Positions 49,416 through 61,555 of a stretch of 64,000 bases of DNA are shown piece after piece. Origin of the DNA: Ptychomitrium polyphyllum (Eukaryota); contig OZ316776.1 in assembly GCA_973851085.1 (NCBI GenBank), positions 5,518,001 to 5,582,000 on the forward strand, given 5' to 3'. Numbering within the stretch: the stretch's first letter is position 1; the number at the start of each line of letters is the position of its first letter. A program made the position numbers and the translations under genes. A model generated the notes under the pieces. The model had not been told where the DNA came from, did no database searches, and saw nothing but the letters and a program-made list of their open reading frames with translations.

Positions 49416-52400
49416 GGGATCCCGAAACTGCAGGCGACTGATACAATCAAATCTGATTCTTCATTGCATCACAATCCTTTTAACTGCAAAACGTTGGATC
49501 GTAAACAACCCTTTGAGTTACTAAACAGCTACATTCTCCAGTCGAAATCAACCCCCAGTTTTTCTACAATTTGCGATTTCAAGATATGAACATGTGTCAA
49601 ACCTCGGTTCTTCCAAGGATCTTGCTACCTAGATGGATGAGACACGGTGGAATCTAGAATAGAGGCAGTAACTCCAGTAACCAATCTCAGACATGATTGT
49701 ATGTGGAAGAGTCCTCACTGAAAACAGGCTATGACAAACAAATAAGCCCAAAGATAGCAAAGTTCATGAACCTCAGGGAGAACACGTCCGTTACTCAAGG
49801 TCTCCAATGCATAACTTAACCAACTAGTTTAGAAACTTACAGTGTCACTTTGATAGTTCTTGTCCCATGTGTTGAATCCATTCAATGTTTGGGGTCACAA
49901 TTTCTCACTACAACCGTCAGCTGCGTATCACAAGACAATTTATAAGAAAACAACATCGAACTCTAAATCCGATCCACTGAAGCCTACATAGCTCATTTGA
50001 ATTGTGAAGCTACACATTTAACAAACATCCACATTGGATTATCCACTGTATAGGAGTAATGCAGATTGATCTTCATAGGTGAGTAAATGCAGAGGGCTAA
50101 TATTCAGTGTCCACAGTCAACCTATTGGAGGAGTGATGTAAGCCTGTATCGTCTCAATCGGAGCACTGCATAGATCAATGTTCTTGCAGTAGATCAAATA
50201 TCCTGTAGAGGCACCGTTACATCTACCAGATAAACAATGAAAAATCCAATTTCGCAACTTGACAAGGCAAAATACAAGATTCGACCCGACAACCTCCTCC
50301 TCCCGAAGCTGCTCTCCCTTCCTCCCTCTCTCTATTCAACCGTCCAAAAGTACTCCCTCCGAGCACCGCAGAAACGTCCAGTACACTTTCCGACAACCCA
50401 GAATAACCGAAATCCAATCACAACGTAAGATCTCTCCTAGGAACCTCGTCAACTCTCGGGGAATTCGATCCACCCCTCTATGTGAATGATGCCAAAGGCG
50501 CCACCCCTGACCTAGTACATCCAAAATCACCGAGAAAACCGCCTAGAAAAGCGTAAGACAACCACCAAGTTCAATCACTCCCAACCAACCCCGGCTCTCG
50601 CTGTCCACGGCCGCAACCCCTCCACAATCAACGACCATCGAGGAAGCTACTCTCCAGCTCTCCTATCACTTCCAACCACTATCACACTCTCCAGCTAGAT
50701 GAGAAGCTCTCGAATCCAGCCCGGCCCACTTGGTCTGATTGAACGCTGACCCTCAGCTGCCTCCTCAAGTTGCAATGAGTTTGGCCCCCACCAACCAGCA
50801 GTAAGTAAGCTAGCATTGCGTGTAGAACGAACGACAGGACCCAGCAGAGACGTACTGCTGTTGCAGCATCGCAGAAGCACCATGCCAGAAAATAATGACG
50901 TTGATGGAGACCCGGCGACAAGAGCGCGGCCCTTCAGTCAGTGCCTGGTAAAGCAAGCCCTGAGCCCCAAACTCCTGCCCTGCTATTCCAGCTGCGGGGC
51001 GTCTGCGGCACCAAAGCTGCTGCCTAGCCAAGGCTTAGCGATGCGACTTTCAGCGTGAACGCTCTTTCCGCCTTCCGGCCCAAAATGTCAACTGTTGTTC
51101 CTGTGGGCCCCACCGCTCTGAGGGGTAGCATGCGCCGCCGGGGGCGCTGGAGATTGAGAGGTTCTGCTTTTTCTCCGGTAATCTGTTGCCACGTCGTTTG
51201 CTTGAAACCGCATTCGGGCGATGGTGTTGTGGAATGATGTAATGATGCGATGTCGCTTCGTGCTTCCGACTGTGGAATGAGAATCCATATGAAGGAGGAT
51301 GGTGTTTTGTGAAAAAAATGATGTGAATACAGAATTTTGACCTTTATAGGGCCAATGCTGACAGCATGTACTTAGAAATCGAATTGAGAACTTGCTAAAC
51401 CATGAGTGACAAAAGGTCAACTATTTAGATTCCTATGGAAAGCTCTCTTAATATTGGTTTTAAGAGATTATGTGGCATGAATGAAATGCATGTTTTTATC
51501 AATTGAAGTAATAGGAGAAGAGAAGGCTACTCCAAAAAATCTGCATTAATAATATTTATTAAATATATGGATTAGCATACATATTTATTTTTATAAAGAA
51601 CAATATGCAAGATAATGTGATTGCTAGCCTTCATAAGAAACATTTTGTCACTACTTTTTATAATACTTAAAGTCAAATTTTAATGTCTTTTTTTTTATAA
51701 TCTATTTACAATTCTTAGATGTATTAGATATTGTTATTTTTTCATTTCATTTCATTTCATTTTTTATGTGTATTTTTCATATATATTATAATCCAATAAA
51801 CTTTTTAATTCAATGTCTTTTTCACTCATTCCATCAAAAATAATGTCAAATATCATATAGTTTTAAAAGCCACAGCAAATTACTTTATATGTAAGAATAT
51901 TTTTTTAGGCTACAAATAGTCAAATTCATCAAAAATTAATTTAGCTTTAAATAACATTGAATTTTAAAGAATTTTTTGGATGAAAAGATCAAATATGAAA
52001 CTTATTTTTAAAATTAGGTAAATTAGCTTGTTTTTTTATAAGGATAGAATATAAAAGTGGAAACAAAATAATCCAACAATCAAATTATAGATGATTTTAT
52101 AAATATTTGACTTCCAAACAATATTTCATATTGATAATCCAACTTTTGTTGAAAACAAAATAAAAATATATAAAACACCACATACATATAAAGCCTATTT
52201 TTTAATATTTAAAAAAATTAAATATTTGAAGTACAAAACAACTATTGTATGGAAACAAGAGAAAATTGGCCTAAATTCTTTGTAAAATTATATTATATTC
52301 CAAACTCAAACCTTTAACAATTCAATATATATGAATGAGGAAATATTGGCTGACGGGGCACGGTCATAGGCTGGAGAGACGAGACGCCCGAGGGCCGTCA

Positions 52401-52637
52401 GCGTGGGCGACCTAGGGCGATTCAGCACAATGGGCCCTGATCACCGCCAAGTCCACGGAGCCCCTGTAGCGGCCACGGCCTGCATCGCGCGCTGTGCCGG
52501 GCCCCGCGAGAGCAAGCCGCGCGGGGTGCCGTGGCAGCGCAGAGGTCAGAGAGAGCGGGGCTGTGAGAGAGAGAGAGAGAGAGCAGGGCAGTGGACTCCG
52601 GCGTCGCAGCACCATGTTCTGGCGTTAGGGCTGCAGC

Positions 52638-54504
52638 ATGGTAGGGTGTTTGGAATTGAGCTCCGTCACAAGGGATTCGCACGCTCTGCTCAGTTCCTTG
52701 CTTGCTGCAAACCATATTCCCCATCGCCATCATGGATGCCACGACGCCCCCACAGGTGCGTTCCTTAGTTTTACACTGCCTTTGCCACTCTCGGCATCTT
52801 GCTTGGTTGAGTGAGAAGATCATTCCGTTCCGGTACGTATGTAAGTATGTATGTATGTGATACGTTACATTTGGGTTTCATGTTGCATATGTCGTGAGAT
52901 GTGCTTTGTAAGAAATATGTTGTCTTTGTAGAGAAGATGTTGTGGATTGCTTCCCTACCATGCATGGAACTCTATATCACATCCTCAATAGTTCTTTTGT
53001 GAAAGCAGATTGGAAGTTGGAATAGAATCTTCTATGACTTGGCAACTGTCATTCTAGTATGTGGGTTTTGTTGAGAGGTTGATGCTTTGGAGAATTTGAA
53101 TTGGGTTTTGCGGTTGGGTTTGTGAAGGGATTGGGTGTGGTGGCTGTTCTGCGGTCGTGGTTTAGTGATGGGTGGTATTTTGGGAAGCAGGAGGATGAAA
53201 TTTCACCTCAGATCAAAGCAGAGTTTGAGGAATGGGGCACAAAGACTACGGGCGGAGTGTTGGCTGGCATGCTATATGGTGGTGCTCGTGAAGCCGCTGC
53301 TGCTGCGGTAAAATTCTCATCCTGTATATTTGGAGTTCCCTTGAATTCTGATTTGGATTCTGGTAGTGCTATGTGTGATTTTACTACGGCATTTTTGGTT
53401 CAAAGCATATTTGTAGTGAATGACGCAAGAATGATTTCTGAAATTTCTGTTCATGTCGGTCTAATTTTTTGTGCGGTTTGGCTTTGTAGAAAACGGAGCA
53501 ATCTCGATTACCCTTTCCCCACGAGGACAAGCTGAAGCCGAAAGGAAAAATTATCAGAGAGATGACGGAAAATAAAGTTCTACGCATTGCTCGGGGCACT
53601 GTTTTGGGAGGCGCCAAACTTGGAGCCTTTGTGGGTCTTTTTAGTGGTGTTCAGCATGGACTTGCTCTGCAGCGCGGTTCCCATGATACCTTCAACACAG
53701 TTGCTGCTGGAGCTATTACTGGAGGATCTTTCAGCCTTACATGTATAGCCTACATCATTTGAATACTGTATCTCTTTTGTACTTGCATCCAGAGATTCAC
53801 CTGTTGTGGTTAATCGTGTTGTTGGTTTTTTGTTTTTACATGTGTTCGAAGATCAAATTATCCATGTTAGCCACAGCATTGTAGTAATATCTGTGAGTTT
53901 TGACTATGGCTGCAAAATATGTTTGAGGATGACTTGGAAGGTAGACGATGAACTATCATGGCAGAAGGGGGGAACCAAGGGGAGTGTAGTATTGTGAATT
54001 TAACCTCATCATGAGTTGCAACATGTATACTGGATTGACAGGGTAGTATTGGGTTCTGCGCTCGGACAGTGCCAGGGTCGCTGCCGACAAGAATCAGTTC
54101 AGCTGCTGTGGGCACAATTCTCGGCGGATCTGTGGCTCTGCCTTTAGGTACTTTCATCATCTAATACAATTTTGCTTTTCTCTAGTTGAAACCAGTGGAT
54201 ACTGAAAGAAAGAATGTTGCGTGCTGTTAGAAGGGAATTTAATTTGACAATTGAATCAGTGAATATGCTTGCTATCTTTTCTGGTGGAAAGTTTAAAAAA
54301 AATCTTTTCTTTCGATTATCTACAGGTTGGTTGCAGAGCTCTCTCCAAGCAGAACTGAACCCAGTGCAAGAAGGAGCGGCACTGCAGGCACAATTGGTAG
54401 AATCTAGCATACCAAAGCCGAAATGTGAAGGACAAGGAGTTGATGCCGTGATACGTCGTCTTGAGTCGAGAGTACCTGATCCGGCACTCAGATCTCATGA
54501 GTAG
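52638..54504 (+). CDS. Tim17/Tim22/Tim23-family membrane protein, 5 coding exons, about 209 aa
   Basis: Exons 52638-52640 (ATG only), 53191-53307, 53490-53742, 54070-54147, 54326-54504. WGTKTTGGVLAGMLYGG...RIARGTVLGGAKLGAFVGLFSGVQ...RGSHDTFNTVAAGAITG (PRAT-like glycine motifs). The first exon is least certain. Confidence 0.8.
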
Positions 54505-56642
54505 GAATTTCAGACCTAATCTTTACAAAACACCTTCAGCTCTTGGCAAAGTGCAAGTTGATACTTGCCTGAGGCTACTGTTTTTTCGTCTATGATTGTG
54601 CACGCTCTCTGCAGGTGGTTTAGAGTAAAGATGTTCTGTTTATGACAGGTCAAACGTCCAAACGTACAAACGTTTGTGCAAAAGCAGTTTGGTGCAGGCA
54701 GTGAAGATGCAAAATAGCATTGCTCTTGAAAGTCGGACGCTGTAGGTACATTGATGGAAAGAGCAGACATAAATGAAATGGATTCAAAGAAGTGTTTTTC
54801 CTTGACACTTGTATTATAGGGCCTGTGAGAGACTCAAAGCCGCATGCTCAATGTGTGTGGATTTGCTAACATAGCTCCTACACAGTCTTGGTAAAACATA
54901 CAACTATGAGCATTCTATTGATTTGAACAAACATTCGTCATCTACCTTGTTCCTTACAAATTACTCGAAAAGCAATACTATATTAACTGTTGACTACAAG
55001 TCTTTTTAAGAGGACCTTCGGACTCTTCAAACCAGTAGAGGAATGCCGACAGTACTGTGTTCTTGGGGCTGGCGTGAACATGATGTTGTGACACCCTACT
55101 CGGATATTGTTCCAAATTTTACAAAAGCTAATTTATTGATGGGATATGACATGTAATACCAAAAGAACTATTTAAAAACCGGAATAAAACCTCTGAAGTA
55201 AGCTTCGTATAATAGAGTGTGTAAATATATGTATATACGCTTCCGATGTTCGTACACGTAAGCTTCTCACTCAAGCTACTGTAGGAGTGACACCACTGTG
55301 GCGGCTAACTCCAACTTCCAAAAGAGTGGCGATGGCGGGAATGCGAGGTAGTCGTCCAAGCTCTCCCTTCCATGTGGGCTCGTCTCCTCAGACTTCGCCC
55401 TGCCGTGGCTGCATCGCAGTAGCGCTCACTTGATGGACGACGGCGCTAGTGCTAAGCCTTAAGTAGTTGATAGCAGTAGTAGGTTGTCAGCATTATTCAC
55501 TCCAGGCGCAGCTGAAGACGGCGCGCCGCTTCACTTTACCAGGTAAACAATCCACACGTTCCGCACCTTGAACCCCGTTTTTATTTTGCTTCATCCTGGT
55601 GATTCATGGAGCTTTCACGATTTGTTCCCATTTTGGCAGCCACCTCTGTAGGGAGTTGCAATTGGGTTTGTACAAAGTTCAAACTTTTGGTTTGGATTTC
55701 TGGGTGTTGCTTAGCTTGGGCAACCTAAAGTTTTTCCAGCTCCAAGTTGCGTTGTTTTGGTGAATTGGGTGGAAGAAGTAGTGGGCTTGTGAGTTGGTGC
55801 ATTTGGAGGAAGTTGTTTTGCAATGGGTAGAGGCAGAGCCTAGATTACAGGCAACAATGGGATGGCTTTTTAGTGTGTAATTTAGAAAGTACGTCAGTTT
55901 GCTTGGCAATTGAATGTGTAACTTGTTCGTCTCCAGAGTATTACGAGGATTGTTTGCCAGAGGCGCCGACTTTGGAAGAAGCTAGGTGACAGCATTACGT
56001 GTACTGGTATGAGAATCTCTAAGAATTTTCAGCTGTTTCATAAGTAAGGCAGTTGAACCGGTATTATTTCTTAGTCTTTCGGCTCTAGTTTGGTCGGTAG
56101 GTGGTATACTAGGGGCATCTTGCCTTGATTCAATATCCTTGCCCTGAAAATGTGTGTTTAATAGAGGTATGATAATTGAACGAGTGAGCGCATGGCTCTC
56201 GAAATGGGTTCTTGAGTGTCAGATATTCAAATACGGCAATTCATGTGAGCTCTCATTCAATTCAATCTGAAACACCGTTTTATTACAAGTGGCATGTCTA
56301 TAACTTAGAGATGTCCTCTAATGGACCAACCAGAATCGATCCCATCGTGTCCAAGAGTAAACAACTTAAATTTTCGACTGGATTATGCCTGCAGCTTCAT
56401 TAACCTGGAGCACATTTTAGGTGATCAATATGCTTAATCAGTAGTCTATGATTCCAAAGAATGGAAGCTAGGCTTCGTGGATTCTGGGGATCTTTATTTT
56501 ATTTGCAGAGAGACTCAGTTTTCACTTAGGTCCGTACCTTCTTAAGACATCTTCAGCAACATATTTTGCTATGGAAGCACTGAATTTTATACACAACAAA
56601 TCAATCTAAGCGTTTGTTGTTTTTCACCATTGACCAACAGAT

Positions 56643-58932
56643 ATGGCGTCCCAGAAGTCTATCTCTAGCTTCTTTCAAGCACCCAAGAGATTGAAAGTGA
56701 CTGAAGCCACGGCGAAAGAGGTGGACCCAAAAAACAAATCCTCCAGTGAAAACACTTTTGCCAAAGTAAACGACGACGTTTATGTTGCAAAAGTGCTTGT
56801 GACGGATATCACGGAGAGGAGATCGCATGAAGAGCAAGCAGAGGCATCAACCGAAGTACCTGAAGTGCCAAAAGATAGTTATGGAAGTCAAGAGGCTAAC
56901 TTACCTGATGTGAGTCAAGAGCAGAAAATGAGGATGGAAATAAACAAAGCAGCAGCGCGTGCTAAGAGAAATCTAAAACTGTGTGAAGAACACGTAGCTA
57001 ACGCAAAAGGTTCGTAACTGAATTTGGTCGATCTACTTCTCAACTGTGGATTCATGGCAATTCATCGATTTGATGGCGGATAGTCCATATGCCTCTAGAG
57101 AACCAAATGCAATTAGGTGGCTAAACAATTTTTGTATTCTATTGTCTGGTCATTTGATTTGTGTAGTAGACTGTACTCACGTCACGGTGTCGTGGTTTTG
57201 GCAGCTAGAGGAGTTGCATTTCCAAAGTTGACTGACCTCCTTGTCGATGAGAGCTGGCTGGAAATATTGCGAGAAGAGTTACAGAAGCAGTACATAGATA
57301 ACCTTTATAAGTTTGTACTTGAGGAAGCGGCTGGCAAATTTCCCATCTATCCCCCTCCGGCTAAGGTGTTTAACGCATTTAACACCTGCCCATTCAACTC
57401 CGTGAAGGTTGTCATTCTTGGCCAGGTGAGGACTCTTGCTTTCTCTAAAGAGATATGGTCATATGTCAACATTACGGTGTCTTATTTCACTAATTCGTTT
57501 CCGGATTACCTTTAAAGTGCCTATTACTTTTAAAGCTTCTGAATACCCGTTCAAACGAGTCAATGATGGTCCTTATCTGCCGTTTATAAATGGTTTCATT
57601 ATTGTTCCTCTACTTCGAAGGTTTAGATTTGATTGGATGGTTACTTGCAGGATCCGTATCATGGTCCTGGGCAGGCAATGGGCCTGAGCTTTTCAGTTCC
57701 GCAAGGCATCAGGGTTCCACCTAGTTTAGTTAACATTTACAAAGAGATTAAAAGCGATGTTGGCTGTTCCATCCCTTCACATGGAAATTTGGAGAAATGG
57801 GCTCTTCAGGTACGTGGTCTTCTGTAATTTCGGCTGACGTGATTCCGTCATATTGTTCGCTTACGTGCACACTTTTTTTTTCTAGTAGGTCTGAAATGTT
57901 TTACCACGGTTTACGGTGGTCTTATGAGACAGTGATCTTAAGGTAAGAGTAAATGATTAACTGAACTATCTTGTTTAAATTGCTGTATGGTGCCAGGGTG
58001 TGCTTCTACTCAACACAGTACTCACAGGTACTTTGTTTGGGGAGTATTTCCCTGATTATGCCCTGGCTCACGCTTGTTTGGAAGGAAAACCATTGTGTGT
58101 GGCAATTTCATTTAATTTGCAACGGTTTTAACGTGGTTGGTCTGATCATCTGCATTGTTTTTAAGCGCTTTGGAATGCAAGAGGATGGATTTGACTGGAA
58201 CTTTCTCTGGCAATTACAGTGCGAGATCATCAGGCGAATTCCCATGCCAAGAAAGGTTGGGAGGTGTTCACAGACGCGGCAATACGTGCTATATCTCAGA
58301 AACGAACTGGCGTCGTCTTCCTCCTTTGGGGTAAACCTGCACAGGAGAAGATCAGGTAGCTTCTACTTTTTGTCTTTACACGTAGTGTAACTTGTCTTCG
58401 TTGTTGAGGTTGAACAATTCTCGCAAATTTGTGAATGAATAGTTGCCTTGTACAGAAGGTTTTTCTTGCTATCCACTTTGAAGGCATGTGTCTTCAATCT
58501 AATAATCTCCCAAATTTACTCTGCTCGCACACGGGTGTTTCGCGTCACGCAGACTGATTAATGCTAAGAATCACCACATCTTGAAGTCAGTTCATCCTTC
58601 CGGTCTGTCAGCACATCGAGGTTTCTTTGGTTGCAGGTATGTCTCAATATCTTCCTTTGCATTTCTTACACAGTTTTCATAGCTTTTCTTTCAAGTGGAG
58701 TTCTGCAGCTTATGTTATTCCCAATAATTTGATACCTTAAATTGAGCTGCCAGGGATTGAGAAGCGTGTATTCTATTGGTGATTCTAGCCTACAGTACAG
58801 ATCTGTCTGCTGACAGTGTCGTGTTAATTGCCTGTCATGACTAACTTGAATGAAATCTCGTGCAGGCATTTTTCACAAACGAATGAGCTTCTAGAAAAGG
58901 CTGGGCAGTTGCCTATAGACTGGCAATTGTAA
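56643..58932 (+). CDS. UNG: Uracil-DNA glycosylase (family 1), 7 coding exons
   Basis: Exons 56643-57009, 57205-57425, 57651-57809, 57997-58027, 58220-58355, 58553-58636, 58866-58932. Motifs [45 protein letters not shown] likely 5' leader exon ends at 55542. Confidence 0.97.
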
Positions 58933-59657
58933 TGACTTTGCATAATGGTCATAAACTCTGCCTGAGCACTGCAGTGCTGCAGTCTCACACCTAGCAGATC
59001 AACTATACGCCAGTGACCAGCTTCGTGCTCACTACCAATTGGAGTTCTCAAGCATCCGAAATAGAAAGCGTTGAAATAGTCTGGCAATGGAATTTTTCGG
59101 AGTCCCCGAAGATGCGCCCGCTCCAACCTCCTGTCTTCGTACACGGTGTAGCTGGAGTGGCTACCCTAAGTCGCAGATGAGAGTTTCTTTTAGCCGTTCA
59201 AATTTAGTGAAATATAATCGCGTAATTAAGGATTTACTACTATTTTATGCACATTACCAAAAAGCTGTGTTAATCATCTGTTAACTTCTTCTCTTCGCAT
59301 CAAAGTATGTACTAGTCTAGTTTCAAGGAGTATGAGATGATTATCTATTTGGTTATGTCCGTGTAACTATTGTCATGGTGCAGCTTTAGAAGCGGTGCAT
59401 TTCATGAATGACGTTTAATGTCTCCAATTGAGCAGAGATGGTGATTGGAACTTTGTAAGAGCAGGACTTTACTTAGCATTAGATTACAATCATCTTGCTC
59501 TCATGATTTCCTTCACGCTAATCCTTAGTTTATCTATCCGCTGATATTCTTCTTTCTTGAGACACTCTTCTAGTTCACATTGCACTAAAACTCAAAACCC
59601 TAAACCCTGGCCAAGTACCGAAAACAGGGAGCTCTACAAGCTATACTGATCCCATTC

Positions 59658-59659
<2 letters not shown>

Positions 59660-59705
<46 letters not shown>
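59660..59705. repeat. (GA)23 microsatellite 14 nt past the stop of the BIR-like gene
   Basis: Direct inspection. Confidence 0.97.
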
Positions 59706-59706
<1 letters not shown>

Positions 59707-59719
59707 GATTGATCGAGGG

Positions 59720-61555
59720 CTACGTTACAGATACAATGAGCTTGTTGTCACGTCTCTCGGATTCCAGAAGCTCCGGAAACTCGTCGTACTCGTCGCTGAA
59801 GCTGTAGCGCTGCCCCACAACACGCAAGAGGCCGGAGACTTCGTACATGGAAGGGCGCTCTCGAGCAGTGGCATTGACGCAAGACCATGCGATCTTCAAG
59901 ACTTGAAGCATTTCCTCGTCGGCACCTTTGCCTCGCAGGGTGCTGTCCAACGCGTTCGCCATGGAGCCGGTCGTGGAGAGCATGCCCACCCAGTCCACGA
60001 GGCTGCCTTTGAAGTCGCGGTCGACAAGCACATCAACAGGTTTTTGGGTTGTGACGAGCTCGAGGAGCACCACTCCGAAACTGTAGACATCGCCCCGCAT
60101 GGTGGCCACGAGAGTGCGCACATACTCCGGCGCGACGTAGCCCACGTCGCCGAAGTCGCCGTTCACGAACGTGCTGATGTGGGTGTCGACGGGGTTCATA
60201 AGACGCGCCAGGCCGAAGTCCGTGATACGAGGCTCGAACTCCTCGTCGAGGAGAATGCAGTTGGAGCTGATGTTGCGGTGGATGATGCGCGGGTTGCAAC
60301 TGTGGTGAAGCCATGCGAACCCCCGCGAGGAGCCGATCGCGATTTTCAAGCGCGTCTTCCAGTCAAGGGGCTCCTTCTCGAATGCGTCATGGAGGCGGTA
60401 GCGGAGGCTCCCGTTGGGCATATGCTTGTAGACGAGGAGCCGCTCTTGGCCCACCACGCAGTAGCCGAGGAGCGGAACGAGGTTGCGGTGGTGAAGCTCC
60501 CCGAGCGTCTCCATCTCTGCTCTAAACTGCCGGTCGGCGTGCACCGACCCCTGCAGACGCTTGATCGCCATGACGGAGCCATCAGGGAAGTCGCCTCTAT
60601 ACACCACCCCAGATCGCCCCGACGCGACGATGTTGTCCTTGCTGAAGCCATTGGTGGCGTCTATTAGGTCGCTCAACCTAATCTTCACCAGCGGCTTCTC
60701 GAACATAGACACGATGACTGTCTTGGGCGCTTTGATCCGTGCGGCCCACTTGCTCTCATCTCGCAGCACGGTGGCGCTCGTTTTATTCGTCCTGCGCACA
60801 ATGTAGCAGAAGATGATCGCCCCGATGACCAACACCGCGACTGCACTCCCCACCGCTCCCCCAACGATCACCCCCGCACCGGCGCCCTTGGCTCCCCCCA
60901 CATTCTTGCACTTGTTCTTCAGAGGACGCCCACAGAGGCTCGTGTTGTTCAAGAAACTACTCGCATCAAACCCGGAACGATTCTCGAACTGCCGGTCCAC
61001 GAACGTACTTGGAATCAACCCCTCCAGCCGATTGCTCGAAACATCGAACCTCTGCAACCGGTTCAGGTACCCGATCTGTTCCGGAATCGGCCCTGATAAC
61101 TCATTGTTGCTCAGCAATATGTCGTTCATGAATTTGCACTCTGCGAGGTTAGGAGGAATGCTTCCTTGGATCTTGTTGCGCGACAGGTCGAGGTCCACCA
61201 AATTGGGCAGGTCGGAGCACAGCTTCGCCGGAATTGGACCTGTGAAGCTGTTGTCGGAGAGATCCAGCCGTGTGAGTGCATTACACCCCTTCAATCCTTG
61301 TGGAAAGGAGCCGTTAAGACGGGACCCGGAGAGCTTGATGAAGTAGACAGGAGGCGCCATGTTGCCGTAACATGTCACGCCATACCATGTGCAGATGGAG
61401 CGCGCGTTGGCGGTTGTGTTGGTCCATGTCATGAGATGCCCCTCGGGGTCTCCCACGGAAGCTTTGAACTTGAGCAAGCACGAGAGGTCGTCTCTCTGCG
61501 CCGAGGCAGCTTGCAGCAAGAGGAGAACTAGCCCAAAACACAGTAAAGCAGCCAT
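59720..61555 (-). CDS. BIR-like LRR receptor-like kinase (LRR-Xa), probably atypical/inactive, intronless CDS, 611 aa
   Basis: Signal peptide from the ATG at 61555 (the ORF track starts at an upstream TTG), DDLSCL N-cap, about 5 LRRs, TM, VSMFEKPLVKIRLSDL, HRNISSN (Asn in place of the catalytic Asp), DFGLARLMNPVDTHISTFVNGDFGDVGYVAPEY. Confidence 0.92.
   Translation of the reverse strand: MAALLCFGLVLLLLQAASAQRDDLSCLLKFKASVGDPEGHLMTWTNTTANARSICTWYGVTCYGNMAPPVYFIKLSGSRLNGSFPQGLKGCNALTRLDLSDNSFTGPIPAKLCSDLPNLVDLDLSRNKIQGSIPPNLAECKFMNDILLSNNELSGPIPEQIGYLNRLQRFDVSSNRLEGLIPSTFVDRQFENRSGFDASSFLNNTSLCGRPLKNKCKNVGGAKGAGAGVIVGGAVGSAVAVLVIGAIIFCYIVRRTNKTSATVLRDESKWAARIKAPKTVIVSMFEKPLVKIRLSDLIDATNGFSKDNIVASGRSGVVYRGDFPDGSVMAIKRLQGSVHADRQFRAEMETLGELHHRNLVPLLGYCVVGQERLLVYKHMPNGSLRYRLHDAFEKEPLDWKTRLKIAIGSSRGFAWLHHSCNPRIIHRNISSNCILLDEEFEPRITDFGLARLMNPVDTHISTFVNGDFGDVGYVAPEYVRTLVATMRGDVYSFGVVLLELVTTQKPVDVLVDRDFKGSLVDWVGMLSTTGSMANALDSTLRGKGADEEMLQVLKIAWSCVNATARERPSMYEVSGLLRVVGQRYSFSDEYDEFPELLESERRDNKLIVSVT

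Noticed and set aside
51420..52340. AT-rich island between the divergent pseudokinase and Tim17-family genes
   Set aside because: No TIR, TSD or helitron termini identified, so it cannot be called a mobile element.
59896..61531. Long antisense and alternate-frame ORFs over the BIR-like CDS (e.g. 254 aa at 59903-60667)
   Set aside because: Shadow ORFs expected from high-GC codon usage; the same applies to those over ChlI, NF-YC and pol.
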